Shown: positions 1 to 14,420 of the stretch, piece by piece
How the letters are laid out: each line of letters starts with the position of its first letter
Position numbering within the stretch: the first letter of the stretch is position 1
From: Auanema rhodensis
Lineage: Eukaryota > Animalia > Nematoda
Direction of reading: 5' to 3'
Assembly (NCBI GenBank): GCA_964057225.1
Contig: OZ059899.1
Location: 8,928,001-8,992,000 of the forward strand
DNA length: 64,000 bases
Position numbers and translations under genes: made by a program
The notes under the pieces: generated by a model
The model's database searches: none
What the model saw: only the letters and a program-made list of their open reading frames with translations
Told to the model about the DNA's origin: nothing

Positions 1-900
1 GGGTGAGGTCTCCAAACTCCGGATCTCATTCTCTCCCACCCTATTCTCTGCTTTTCTCTATGAGAACCTTTCCTCTAATTTTGAGAGGTCATCTCGATCT
101 CTCAAAATACCTCTTCTAACAAGAATGTCTATGTAAAAAACATAAAAAAGACACCATTTCAGTTCATTTTCAATGTAATGCCGTTGATTTAGTATATAAT
201 GAGTTATACTATAGAAGATATAAAGCGATAATTCGAATTCGTGACAAAGAAACCCATTATATATAAGAGGCTCCAGATGACACAATATCAGGAACAGATA
301 TTAACAAAGAATCAGCATATATTCCAGAAAAGAGCAGCTTGCGTGTCCAAATCGAACATTAAATTAGTTTATAGCTAATACGTAGATTGACATTTTGCAA
401 GAGCAAATTGAAATCACGAAGAAGAAGATTATACAATTAGGTTGTACAACTATTTTTACTTAAAACTTGCGCAAACTCAAAAATTTGCTATATGTTTAGG
501 TTTCAAATGAAAATACCAGATAGAATTCTTTAAGAGAATAGATATTCATTAGTAATTACTTTGTAAATATTTAGAATTAATTGCACATTCTTAAGCTTAT
601 TTTCGTCTGTCATAAACATTTGAAACAATCTGAACTGCCAAGATACTCTTAGATGTATACTCATACATTTCTCTCCATACAGTTAAGTTTGATTGAACAT
701 GTCAGATTTCTCTAATACTTGAAGCTGTCGTGGAAATTCTAAAACTATTCATGGAATACATCGCTTTTCTTGTCATCCTAGCTTTTTACTCACTAGCTAA
801 CGCGTATAGTTCATGATGTTTGTGAAGAGCCTTCAGCAGGCTGTCCGACAAAGCTAAGACTAATGGGTTCCTAATAGAGGATAGAGATAGCAGTAAGGGA
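1..900 (-). mobile_element. Highly decayed non-LTR retrotransposon (CR1/L2-like) RT remnant
   Basis: Minus-strand fragments resemble LINE RT motifs: PISL at ~855-875 (cf. NYRPISL) and CVIWS at ~268-288 (cf. YCSxVWSP). Many stops and frameshifts; boundaries approximate. Confidence 0.3.
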
Positions 901-1045
901 AGAGCATTAATTAAGCTTTAAGCTTTTTGTTTTTCTGCCAGACTGCTGGTCACATTATGCTAATTCCAGTGCCTGTTCCATCCTGTTGTTACTTGTGTCC
1001 CTTTAAGAGCATCGTTCACTTATTATTTCTATTTTAGCCTATCTT

Positions 1046-1051
<6 letters not shown>

Positions 1052-1099
<48 letters not shown>
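1052..1099. repeat. (CT)n microsatellite
   Basis: Uninterrupted CT dinucleotide run seen directly. Confidence 0.95.
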
Positions 1100-1104
<5 letters not shown>

Positions 1105-1329
1105 ACCATGAATTCTTCCCTCCCTCTGTTTGTTGGAACATGTTGTCTGTAGGAGCAACAGCTAGGCGATTGACATAAACAGGGTTATTATCAATAATTT
1201 CAGTCACAGAGTAAACTAGAATATACCCGTAAATCAGGCTGTTCTAACTATGAAGTATTCATATTATACAAAGGATATGATGTATATGATGAGTATGATC
1301 AAATAGCAAATGACAAAGTCCCTAAAGAA

Positions 1330-2890
1330 ATTCAAAGCATCTGTTCCATTGCAATCTGTTATGAAGTAAAATTTAATCTAACAACCGACAAGATCTGACA
1401 CATCCAATGACGAACTCATTTACGCGCACAAGAATTGTTTTCCCTAAGAAGGACATTGGGAATACGCTATTTCACTGATCTCGTAGAACTCCATAAAGTA
1501 ACAAAGTTGAATAACGTAAACTATATTTATAAATATTTTAGTATATTATAGCTTTAGGATTCATTCCTTCGAAATGGTATGCGATATCAAGGAAGTCAAG
1601 CATCAGATGACCAATCGTACTAAATCGTTTTAAGGAGGAAATAAAGAAAGTATAGATGATGAAATATGAAGATTTTTTCTAGATGAAAATGAAAAGTTCA
1701 TTATTTTGTATGGAGAATGACAATAACTAATAAATAGAACCAACAAATCCAAACGGAAATTACAGAAACTTAGTATTCTCATGAACACGATTATGCAAAA
1801 CGCGAACCACTACTACAGATATATTCGGAAATGAACAGAAAGTTTGTTAGAAACATTTAAAAAAGAGATAGTGTTGAATAAATAATAAAACGTATAATAT
1901 TTTAGGAATGTTATTAAAATATTGAATAACTCACCTAATCGGAGTGTTGATGTAAAATGTGGTAATAGTAGAAATATATAGAATATTAACGACATTTCAT
2001 GACAGAATCTAAATCAGTATTTCAGAAAACTTTAAAATTACAATTTTTAGAAATAAGAACAAAGGAGATGATCAGACAATCAGAAAGCACAACTTCAACT
2101 TCTACAAGTTAAGGCGATATGGGCGGAAGTTAGCGTGATATATACAAATTCCAGAAGATTGTGAAAATGAGTGAAAGAGAAGATTTGCAAAGAAATTCGA
2201 ATGAGTTAAAAAAAAATAAATGCAGAAAGTGTAAACCATTGAAAAATAAAAAACTCTAAGGTAGTAAATAATGAAAAGATGAGAAAGATTTATTTTATTC
2301 AGAGAGCTCAAAAATACAAAGAGAAAATAGGAAAGTATTGGATGAAGACTGGATAGGAGTGTAAGGTGGACTTAAGCACCCCCATGCTTTGTAAGTGAGT
2401 AAACTCAACTATAGAGTTTAGATCGGGAATAGAAGGAAGAGTGTAGGTGTAGACGAACAGGAAAATACAAGGAACATAGTTGAAATATAAAAAAGAAATT
2501 CAGCCAAAACAACAATGAACTTGAAATAGAAGAAAATAGATTAGTCATTTCTGTCAGAATACCAATCTGAATAAAACAAGAAGATGCAAAATAACATACA
2601 TGGTAAAATACAAACTTATTTAATTTAAGAATTTTTACAAAATGAATAATAAAAATTAAAGATCATAAAATATTTAGCATTTTTGAAAAAAAAATTGAAA
2701 TAGCATTGACTAGATGCCTAGAAATGAAGAGATTCAAGAGTTATCGGCGTGGCCATAATAGAGATCAGTTGGGGGGGGGGGGCGGAGCGTGTGACAGAGG
2801 AGGAGGATGTCCGTCTAATGATCCAACTAGGCACCGAAAAGAAATGATTAACAGGAGAATAGACATCCAGGATACACTGAAGGAATAACC
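1330..2890 (+). mobile_element. Decayed RTE-like non-LTR retrotransposon remnant
   Basis: Purine-rich strand with degenerate motifs in the expected order: NEN-like endonuclease segment (~1685), GVxxG-LS-PML-like segment (~2356-2390, cf. GVRQGDxxSPxLF), and GH/RGRP-like C-terminal segment (~2750-2815). No intact ORF. Confidence 0.35.
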
Positions 2891-4249
2891 AAAAAATAGT
2901 ATATCACCAAGATTAAATTTGAAACAAAAAATTAAATATGAATAGAGCTATTTTGACTGGTTACTTCAAAGTTCCACGAATGCTAAACTAACGCTATTAA
3001 ACTTCCTTTTTTTTCTTCGAAATAATATGATTAGTAGAAGACTTTAAAAATATATATACTTTTTTTGGGGGCTAACGTTTACTACTTCTGATCAATGACT
3101 GGCTGATTTGAAGTTTTTAAGCAAAGAACCAGCTTGATCCGGTTGCCAAGCTGTAAGCAACGGAAATATAATATGCTAATTGCCCAACAGACTACACTCC
3201 CAGAATAGCTTGATCGATGGACACTACTAGGAATGTTTTAAAAGTTTACCTTTTAAAACCAATAGCTCAAAACAAGAAGTTGAACTAATGTTTGAACGTC
3301 ATCAAAAAATATTATATATTACATAAATATATATATACATATACAAAGCTATGAACAAATCGTACTATCGATTCATTATCGTATATTATAAAAAAAAAAT
3401 CTACTTTTTACATTTTAGACAGCTATATGCTTCAAATAATTACTAATAAAATAATCTAAACAATCAGATAAGAAGGTTTAAAGAGATGCTGACTGAAATT
3501 AAAGATGCTTTAACGATAAAAAACATAAGAAAAGAACAAAATAAATTTTATGAATTTCTCAGGAAAAGTAACTTGAATACTTTAGCTTGCCAACTTAAAA
3601 ATTACGAGGCAACAATCTAATAGAATTCATCAAAATTAAACAAACGTATTAGACTAAGAACAGAGATGCCACCAAGGAAATGAAAATGATTCAAAAGAGA
3701 GAAAGAAAGGGAGAAGCAAGGAAAGAGAGAAGGATTATACACTTTTGGCTCAAATGAAAAGTTGCTCATGTTGCCCTTCACACTTCACTCCTCACCACAA
3801 TAATACAAAGTGTTGTGTTGTTCATCTAATATGGGAATGTAATCGCCAGAATGGCCTCAAAATGCCAGTGAGAGCGTGAAAAGGAGCTCCGACCTCCATT
3901 TGGCTTAATCTGAATCTCTCACCCCACTTTTCCTCATTACCCCACTCCCTCATTCTCTCTTACCACTTTCATTCCATTCATTCACTGGTTCAGATCAAAA
4001 GTAAGCTTATGAACCACTGCACAGGAAACCAGTTCCAAGTCCAGTTGAGCAACAAATGACAACAAAGCATTTGAAAAGAAGCTGACTTCAGTATGTACCA
4101 AAAGTTTTGTGATATAAGAATGATGAGGGGGCTGCAAGATTTAGCTACTAAATAACAAGTATGCAACTATGCATGCTATATACATACATAATGTGAACAA
4201 ATTGTCACTTTCGAACTTAACTTTCCATTGATCAAAAAGAAGAAGGAAA

Positions 4250-5055
4250 CACAGTTAATTTTGCTTCTATTAGAGAATCTATAAATCATATTACCACAGT
4301 AAATTTGATATATAGCAAAATCTCAAAAAAGAAAATGAACCCTTAGTGAAAATTGGGAATAAGATAAGCATTTCCCATAATGAGAGCAAGTTTGTCTTTA
4401 ATTTTCTTGAATGAATGCGAGAAAATGTAAAATTGAGGAGTATTTGAAAGGAGATAAAGGATAAAAGGAGATTAGCGAAGTTAAGCTAAATGATACGAAA
4501 TGAATTGATAAGGAATACCTTAAAGCTGTATTCAATATATTCTCCATAGTAATGATATTTATCGGAGGCTTGAAAGATAAAGGAGGAGGAAATGTGAAAA
4601 GACAACTTCCGAAATAACTATGAAGGATTGTAATTTATGTGAAATGGAGAAGCCTTGGCGGATTACAACAAATGCAGATTTCACACGATAATATTATATA
4701 TTGAATTGCCACAGCTAGGACAGTGCTTGCTCAGGCAAGCTAATAATAGAGATGTTTGCTCTATATGTAAATGTATATAAAATATAATCTATATATCTGG
4801 AATATAAACGATATAAAATGATTGGAACGAAAACATAGCAACAAACACGATATGGAGTTTACAAACTTGGTTTGGTTTCAAAGTTTTTTGTTGAAGAAAG
4901 CATAGTAAACATCGAGGAATCTTCTAAATTCAAGAAAAAACACCTGCGTTTTTACGGATTATAAATAATTATACTAAAACTCTGTGGCAATAATGAATAG
5001 ATAAGTATGTAAAGATTATATGATTTTTTACACTCGCTAGATATCTATATGTATG

Positions 5056-5087
<32 letters not shown>

Positions 5088-5470
5088 TATAGTTACTGAA
5101 AAATAGCTCCAAGAAGGTGCATTATATTCAAACATCTGTTTACATGAAAGAAGCTCAACCAAAAGCTTCTATTGTAACAAGAGAAAGATTGTCCTAGACT
5201 CGAATTAGCAATTCTGAGACAATAAAAAATATGTTATATATAGCTATGTAGAGCCACGATAATGAAGAAAATCATTGCCCAATAGCGGTCAACCTATTAG
5301 GTGATAACACTATGGAGAATATAGTAAACAAATGTGAGTGTATATAAAGGTGGTAGAACAAAAATATTTGAAGGAAGTATAAAAAAAACATCAGACAGAC
5401 CTATTATATAAGTCTAAGTGCTAGGTTGAGAAGTTACAACAGTGAAACTGAAGCGAAAACCGATTAAGAT
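4250..5470 (+). mobile_element. Decayed non-LTR retrotransposon remnant
   Basis: KG...NFR (cf. KGD...NYRPI) near 4580-4615 and a QCRF segment (cf. QAGFR) near 4670. Interrupted by (TA)n; no intact ORF. Confidence 0.3.
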
Positions 5471-7621
5471 TGATCTGACAAAAATGAATCGTTGACAATG
5501 AATGATGTTTCTTCCGGCAATCTTTAGTAAATTCGGCACATGAATGCAAACACAATCTCTTATTATACTCATTGAGGCTCTAGTTTCATATTATTTTTAT
5601 ATTTCTTTTTGAAATTTTCCAAGAAGCTCGTATAAAAGAGATAAACTCCAAACGATTAAAGAAATGTTTTATTTTCTTAAGACAAATGGCAGATTGCTAT
5701 GTGCATCCTTCTTTATTGACTCGTTATGATGCTATAAGCACGGTGAGAATTTGAAAACAGCCCTATCAAAGATCATTCAGGATATTTGAAGCAAACTAAT
5801 TGAAAAAAATAAAATATATGATAGGTTAGTGAATTTATGTGAGAACTCCAGAGTTACAAACAAAGAGTATTCAATTTTGTTTAAAATTTTAAAATTTTAA
5901 AATCGCAATTTTGCTTTTATATATAAATATATATATATAGTTGAAGCTCGAAAATCTAAGAAAACAATTGTAAATATACGAAATTCCAATTTTTTTAAAC
6001 GGAAGCTCTAAAAATGTATTGGCAGTGAACGAGATGAAAAGATTTTTCAAAGAGCTTCACCGTTTCTATTCCGGAATTTAAGACTGTTGAGGTGTCAACG
6101 AGTATATGAATAGATATAGGAAGGATACAATGATGATGAAGTGTCTAAATAAATATAAATTGCAAGTGAGAAATGAAATTAGAGAGAGATATGTGTGGAA
6201 AGTGAGACAGATAGACGTACAAGAAGGGATAGGTTCCATGCGAATCATTCGGATGGATTCATTCATATATACAGGATAGAGCAATCCAGAAAAGTGATTT
6301 TGGGCCTACAGTTTTACGTATATTCACCTTTTTCTCTTTATCTCTTTACTTCTCTCTCATCTTGTCAATACATATATAAATACACATATATCTATGTATG
6401 TCTCTTCGAAATTTCGGCTCATCACACATACGCGATCTTTCTGTTTTTCTATAATCTTCCTACTTTGTACCTTTAGCACATCTACAATGTGAAAATGAAA
6501 CAATTGTATAATATGATTGTTCAACACTGAAGATTTTTTTTCTATGATTTGAAGAGGAAAAACGAAAAAAGGTTGACCTGGTGGCAAACGTTAGCGAACG
6601 TTCATGGCGAAAAAAAGTAACATTTGAATTATTTTCGTTTTAGAAAAATCTCGAAAAAGGTTGATTCTGAGTTTGTATAGAAGGCCATACAATAGCAAAA
6701 CTATGATTTAAAAATAGGAACAATGAAAATAGCAAGTTAGGCAGATTTAAGAATAATAACAAACACAATATTGAAATTAGGTTAATATTAAAACAAAATA
6801 AAATTTTAGAAAAAAGAAAATCAAAACGAAATTTCTCTAAAAAACAATACATCTGAGAAGAAAGAGCAGCTGGAAATATGTTCAAGTGAGTTGGATATAG
6901 TGGGCTTATGTGCAAGTAAATAGTCAAGAGAAAGATATATATTGCAGTCTGGCAGAACAGTTATATACTGTATAATGCGAAGAGAATAAGAAGAAGAGGT
7001 CAGATTCAATTGAGTTAAAGATACGAGGTGATATAGGAAAAATGAGAGAACAAAAGAAAGATTATGAACAACGACGATCGGATAAATGTTATTGATGATC
7101 AGGATGGCATACAAATGCCGATTCTTAATATTCCATCTGTAAGGTTGAATGTCAGCTGTCTGACATCAACATGCATACAGTGTCAGTCCCCATAAAGCAA
7201 CTTGTATCAAACTCGATTTTAAAAACTAATTTTAGGGCAATCACAATCTTTTTCATATGAAGAGGTGAATTAGATGAAAACTCGTCATTTTCCTCTTTTT
7301 TTAGCAACAATTTTTTTATTTTTAGAAAAAAATTGTCAAGAAAAGTAAACTAATTCAATTTAAAAAAAATTAGTTTCTTCTAAAAAAGTTAAAAGAAATA
7401 AAAAGATTAGGAAAATATTAAATTGACTGAGAGCGAGTGATAGTTGTTGTTGGAAAGTGGAATAAGAAATCTAGAATTACTAAGTCAATGATGCTAAAAC
7501 CTGTTATGAAAATAGTTTAGCTTTTACAATTCTTTGACATACGTATATAATAAATATAATTAGTGAAATCATAATAAAAAAAGACTTCAGCAGTTTTACA
7601 ACAGTGATAAGACTTATTCTC

Positions 7622-7637
7622 AAAATGATAGTAGCCG

Positions 7638-7675
<38 letters not shown>

Positions 7676-7691
7676 CGGCTACTATCATTTT
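7622..7691. repeat. Perfect 70-bp palindrome: 19-bp unique arms around a (TA)n core
   Basis: aaaatgatagtagccgtaa-(ta)n-ttacggctactatcatttt; the arms are exact reverse complements. Confidence 0.95.
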
Positions 7692-9429
7692 CAATATATA
7701 TATATATATATATATATATTAAGCATAACCAATGTAAAAGTGTGCAAATTTTTTTTCTTTAATTATAAAAGCGGAAGCGACATATTCCATACATACATGC
7801 GTTGCTGGGGTTCCTTCGTATCCTGGAGAAATAAAAAAAAGAAAAGGGAAGAAAATGTTCATTTTTCAAAAACTGAACAATGACGAAGAGATAAAACTTA
7901 AATGTAAAACATTCATTGATTTTATAATCTAGACAACAAGGGATAATCGATAGAAGAAAAGTATTTATATATTTATAAACCATATATAGGGTGAATATGA
8001 TTAACATATCTCATCCCTTGCGCTCAATCCAAATTGAGAGGTGTTGCGGCGATTTAAATGACAGCGAAAGTGTTAGAATATATCTTAATTATGATTTTAT
8101 TCTCTAAAAAAATTGGAGATGGATATCAAGTGAAGAGGAAAAAGAAATAAGAAAGCAAAATTTACGGTTGAAAATATACAGCAAACTTTAAAATATAATT
8201 TTATCAGAAACTATAGTAGTAGAAAAAAAGGATGTTCATGAAAACGTATTTCATATGTACCTTCTGACTATCACTTTACTGAAGAACTAGTGAAAAGTGT
8301 AATGCCAACCACAACCATATTTCAAAAGCAAAGTAGATCTGGGGTAAACGTGTCTAAAGACAATGTGTGTGAATAGAGCTCTTTGCAAAATCAAGTATTA
8401 AAGGTAATTCAAAATCTAACGATAAATTAATTTATAGAGAATTCTCGCAAAACGTGTCTTATGTTGTATATGATATATTTATGAAACATACTAGATTAAA
8501 TATCGAAATATTAAGGATATCACAACATATTATGTTTTCAGGAAGGAAAAATAGCCAATATAATGGTATTTTCTATAAGATCAAACTATTTGACTACTTT
8601 TCTCATGTTATTACTTTAAGATATGTGTTGATAATCACTTTGTAATTTCTTATATAAGCAATAACCAGTTTTATCTCATTCTATTAGAAACATTAAACAT
8701 TTTTATTTAACATATCCAATTAACTCTTTTTCAATAAAAATGTTTTTGTTTAGTTGGTCATAAATTAGGAAAACTATTCATATGTATGTACTAGTCAGAA
8801 AGATATTAATTTATAAAAAAAAAGATTTGCACCTTCTTATACATATAATATACGTAAATTAATCACGTACACATAATATCGATATATGTATGTATGTATG
8901 TGTACACTGTGTATGTAAAATGTTTTAAAAATATACAACGAATTAAAAATGTTGGATATATTTTATGAATTGTTGAAACGATTATGGAAATTTTCTACCT
9001 AGTATCTCTGATAGAATAGTTCTATCTAAAAATAATTCTTGAATATAATCAATACAAGAAATAAGAATAGAATTTAATGTCATATCATATCGTGTTTTAT
9101 CGTCATAGATCATTAGGATACACACAATTAACAAGATATCAACTACTTATCGTGTTTCAAAAATGAGTAGAAAATTAGAAAAACTAAAGTTACGAAAACA
9201 CAGAAAAAAGCCAACGTTTCAAAGTTCATTCTTAATGGAGACAATATCGAATTTGGGCGGATTATTTTTAATAATTGAATCAAAAAAGATTAGAACATAA
9301 ATTAGATAATAGAATTAAAGCTAGGCCATGCCTAAACATAACTAAGTACTTTTTCAATTGATCTCATATAAGCATTGAATCGCTTAACCCACTCTACCAT
9401 CCGTTTAATTGTAGACCTTTAATACAATC

Positions 9430-10150
9430 ATTCACAGATGTTCAAGTGGAGGGATGTGACATACATTAGAAAACCAAGAGATGCAGAGAACATTGAGCAA
9501 TATAAGAGTTTGAAGAAAATGCAGAAGCTAATGAAGGTGAGGATATATTACGTAAATTTGTGAAACAATTGAGCACATCTGGTAACAGAACTAACACCAG
9601 CAGGCGAACCGTGTGTTTGTATAATATGACATTGCTTGTGATTTTTTTTGATTATAGCATAGAAAATTGTGAACATATGAATGAATGTTTTTGTAGAAGA
9701 TGTTGAATTAAAAAAACTTTTTGAGGGATTTCTTTCATAAATTACAAAATGTTAAGGAACTCAAACAAAATGTTATACTAGAAAGAAGGTTAAAATAATT
9801 TTTTCTTATCTTAAGCGTGAAGAAAAGGCACGAGAATATTGTTATTATAATCGTTCGTCAAAAGTAAAACTGATGATGAACTTACATTTTGACCAGAATC
9901 TGCTCGAAAAAGCTGTTAACAATAATAAGGGAGAATGAATACGTCTCCAAGAAAGGCTTATGGGATGAGCAATTATCGGGTGAGACGAAGAAGAAAGAAA
10001 AGATAGAAAATGCAATGAAGATAGGAAATAAGATGAGCACGAACCTTATATGAAGTATATTAGAAGGCAATGAAGAAAAGCTTGACGACTGAAGAGAAAA
10101 TATTCAGAAGAAAGTGAGTAGCTGTGAGAAGCTACTAAAATTGAACATAA
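9430..10150 (+). mobile_element. Possible decayed LINE 3' portion
   Basis: Same purine-skewed composition as the neighbouring remnants; only weak motif resemblance. Confidence 0.2.
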
Positions 10151-10813
10151 TGCCTTCAAAGTGAAGCAACTACCAGCCATTCTAAGAGATCTGCCTCATA
10201 TCTCTCTTTTTCTCTCTTCATCACTCAATCGCTACATTTTAAGCTATATACATATATCCATATTACGACTTTTCTCACAGGATTTTGCTCATGATCTTAA
10301 AGTCTGTTTCGTTGCTGCATAAAGACCAAAATGTGCGCAAAGATGACAGGATTTCCTTTGGGAACCACAAAAGAAGCTCAGTAGCGAAATGATGATTCTG
10401 TCACGACCTTGTCGTACAACTCGCTGCTTTATCTACCCAATACATGGATATATCTATATTATAAACTGGAGCAATTGTTTCTACATCTTATGATAAAGCC
10501 GCTATATGAGAGGGGATGTCTATACAAGTGTATATTATTGTCGGGTATTAGAAACTTAGTCATTTCTCACATACTTCATTTTTTTAGTTAGTAAACAAAT
10601 TTGTTTGAATAACACCTATAAGATTTGAAGGAAGCCTGTGTTATCTTAAAATTAATCAGTGCCCACTGATAAGCGGATATATAAGTAAGCATTGCATATA
10701 TTAGAAGAGCAAAACTAAAATATTCTGAGGAAATAAACGATGGATGTAAAACTTATATGATCAAGTAAATATCAAATATTATTATCAAAACGAATTTGTA
10801 GCCAGTTCAATAA

Positions 10814-10818
<5 letters not shown>

Positions 10819-10886
<68 letters not shown>
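10819..10886. repeat. (TA)n microsatellite
   Basis: Seen directly. Confidence 0.95.
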
Positions 10887-10887
<1 letters not shown>

Positions 10888-13236
10888 TTTTTTATAACTT
10901 ATAAAGATGAGCAGATAATTATAGTTTAGAAAGAGTTTCTGATGTCAATATAAAATGAAATCAAGGATTTTGCAACGTATAAACTACTAGAAAAATTTTA
11001 ATGGCACTATTTCTTTCCATTTCTCAGAAGCTTTTCACTTTTAACAACTTATGAAGTATTGCTCAATAAGAAAATAATGATGATGGCTCTTCATGCGAAT
11101 TATTTCAACGATTAAAACAGCAGAATAGGCATCTTGAAAGATATGAAAGAATAAAATAACTACCGACAAGTTTGAATTGATGTCCAAATTCGAAATAAAA
11201 TGAAGGAGCAATAAAAAAAATTAATATGGTAGTGTCAATCAAAAATATAAGAATCGAAAAATAACTACTGACCTTATAATGATAAGGTATCTGTTGGGTT
11301 GTAACCGATTAGTGTGAATAAGAGAATAACGTCAACTTATAGGTCAGTCACTTACACAAATTGTAAAAGAAGAATAATTAGAAAAAATAATTAAAAACAA
11401 AAATATATTTACTTAATTTCAGGTGATAATAATGTATACATTAGAATAGTGAATACTAGTCCTCTTATAACAATATTTCCTGGATTTTAATTTTGAAGAC
11501 GTAAGGGCTGGAACAACCAGTCTGCATGATACATTTTATTGAAATGAATTCACGCACAATCGACTTATATTTTCATTTATGAATGAAAAAAAAATTAAAT
11601 TTTAAATTCAGAATAAGTATTAGGTATTAGTCTGTTAAGTTATTTTCAACGCTTTTGCTGCCACGAAGTAAAAACAATTAGGATCATGTTTTCCATTCTG
11701 GACTCATTGCAGTAATAGGTGAAACAACATACATATTATTAATACGTTCTCCTATTCACAGGATACACAAAGTCGGTTGTAATCACATATTTCTTCAGAA
11801 TCTAATTACCTGAAATTCAACTTCTTTTCTATAAAATCTTTTCAGAGCAACTGGTTGTACGCGTTATCTGATATATAATATATTCAAGATAGACAGAGTG
11901 AAATACTTTCATTCAAATGAGTTTTTTAGAAATTGGTTCCTGAATTGTATTCAGTTGGTCATCTGGAAAGAAGACATGATTGATTCTCAGTAAAACTAAA
12001 TGATCCGACAATAAATCTAACCAAATAGTTGTAATTCCAACCCATTTTCAATACGGTTTCTTCCTCATTTTTTATTGTGCTATGGTTTATAATAATATTA
12101 AGAAAAATATGTTATATGAAAATGTGAAGCAAATTCGTATAAAGTAATCATGAGCTATTTTATGATGTCTTATAATAGCCGGAGAACAGGTGAACAACAA
12201 TGAACAGATCAGCGGCAGGATCTGAGATGTTTAGCCTTTGAGCAAAAGAAGATAATTAGAGAATTATAGAATAAATAATATTGAACTCTTTGATGATTCT
12301 CGTCAGCTACATTGGTTATTTCATAGGGATTGGTGTAGTTTGAAATATATGTATATTTTGTATAATAATAAATACAAAATAGTTAAATATATTGATTTGC
12401 GTTGATTTAAATTAATCATATGCATACATAGGTTAACGATAAATTGTTATTTCATTCATTATTAACGTATCAAATAAAGATAAGAAAAAGAGAAAAGTCA
12501 ATCTACGAATTATATACTATATACAAGATATTTGTTTTCAACAGTCTGAGAATAATATACATCAGATCTTTATATTGTGTGCTTTAATGCTTTGTAGAGA
12601 AATACATATATGTATGTACTATATATGGATGTCAATGTATACGTATGGATGCAAGCATATGACGTGAATTTAATTTGAGCCGCAGCTCTAAGTAGTTCTG
12701 ATGTTGCATGAGAAGCAATCTAACATATGTCCGTAGAAACCATCATCTACTTAACCTCTCAAATGTTTCTCAATGATTGCTGTTGGCATTGCATAAGTAC
12801 TCAGATGCAGAAACAAAATGATATTGCCTTATAGATGCAAGGGAACTAAATATTTACATAAGTAAGAGTTATTTTTTCGAATTTTACTCAAATTAAATTC
12901 ATGTTACTCACCATCAACCGTTCTTTCTTCATTTTATGAAGCATTGACGAATTTGTTGAATATCACATTGGATTGTTCCAGATGCATAAAATGTTTACAT
13001 ACAGTGAAACCCAATAATAAAAATTGTGTGTATAATATAAAAGCAGAAGATAAGATGAAACAAGTTTATTAGGCTTACCAATGTATTATTCATTATCAAA
13101 AAATATTTATTAACTTTCGTTCTGTCGAAATCCTTAAGACAAAAATAATGGATAGTATGTACACGTATAAGGTTAATGAGCGAATGATTTTTTTTCTTCG
13201 TTCTTATTATCTAAATTGTACTAGTATTGTTAAAGT

Positions 13237-14420
13237 TCATTCACTATGATAATTAAAAATATATTTAAAAAAAACTGAGGACACAACTAATATAGAATAA
13301 ACTTGATTTGCTCCATTTCTCAGACGTCTTTGTATTGTTCGCGGTTTATTTAATCCAGTAATATCTGCAAAAATTTATATTCCAACATTTGAAAAGTATG
13401 ATAACCTTTTTGGTTAAGCCAATCTTTACATGTTTTCGGTAGTTCATGAATTCCCAGTACTTCATCGAGAAGTTCAATTAGAGCACTATAATAGCCTTTT
13501 TATTTGAATAAAATTAAAATTATATATATGTAAAATGTATAAAAAAATTAAACCTATAACGTGACAAGATTGTACATGTCTCATTAACTCACTGTGATGT
13601 TTGATGAGTCAAGGCCACAAGGAAACGGCCAGCGCTTGTGCCACAGGTCTCATAGTTTTCCCATACAAAGCACTTGTCATATGTATGAACACTTCTGAAA
13701 GAAAAGTAAAACATTTTGGAATATAGAGGCAGCTGAGTTTTTATTTGATGCTTGAACTTACTTGCATAAGTTTGCAATTCCGTCATTTATATTATCCATC
13801 CCACCTTCCATTATAGACATCATTTCAGATTGAAGATAAAATGCCATTTCTTTACATTTCTCAGTTATTGCTGCACCGTTTTCAGACCAACATGGTATAA
13901 CGTAACCATGAAATTCTAAAAATAGCTCAGTGGTTCGATTTCGTATAAGTAAATAGTGTTATAAAATATTATAAGTCACTACCTGTATCATTTCTGTAAT
14001 GTTCACATATGATATTCCATGATTTTTGACCGTAACCCAGTATTTTTTTAACTTGATTGTTAGGACATGAATTTAAGCATCGATTGTAGTTATCATTTAA
14101 TCTTAATCAAAAAAATGAATAATTTCATTAAAATATATCACTAACTTGCACACTTTATCCAATTTACGTTCTAATAAACCTTTCTGACTGTAAGCTGTCA
14201 ACAAAGCTTGTAAAGGTGTAATCATGTCGATCGTCCATTCAGAAGCAACATCTGACATTTCCGATTGCATATGATGCATCTGAATAGCGGAGAATTTCGA
14301 AAATGTATATTTATATATACGAATACTACTTACATAATTATCTTTACATCTCAAGAAACAAGGTTCGGGTTGCTGTTGGCTGACTGGTAGGTGTAAAGTC
14401 AACAAAAATAGTAATATCAT
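13237..14420 (-). CDS. Secreted Cys-rich protein, chondroitin proteoglycan 4 (CPG4)-like domain, hydrophobic C-terminus; 7 exons
   Basis: Signal peptide MILLFLLTLHLPVS. Spliced translation contains CFLRC...LDKVCKLNDNYNRCLNSC...WNIICE...IPCWSENG...KC...LCKSVHTYDKCF...TCG, a Cys spacing typical of nematode CPG4-domain proteins. GT-AG introns; stop at 13237. Confidence 0.7.

Noticed and set aside
2771-2782. G12 homopolymer (G-quadruplex potential)
   Set aside because: Short tract inside a decayed retroelement; no evidence of function.
9381-9402. Minus-strand GGATGGTAGAGTGGGTTAAGCG resembling a tRNA/SINE 5' end
   Set aside because: No B box or cloverleaf downstream.
58-10591. Short 60-97 aa ORFs in the left region
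   Set aside because: Compositionally biased (F/I/L/Y-rich) chance ORFs with no motifs or splice context.
13923-13942. tRNA A-box (TAGCTCAGTGG) overlapping a B-box-like GGTTCGATT
   Set aside because: No spacing for anticodon or acceptor arms, so it cannot fold as a tRNA; at most a collapsed relic in an intron.
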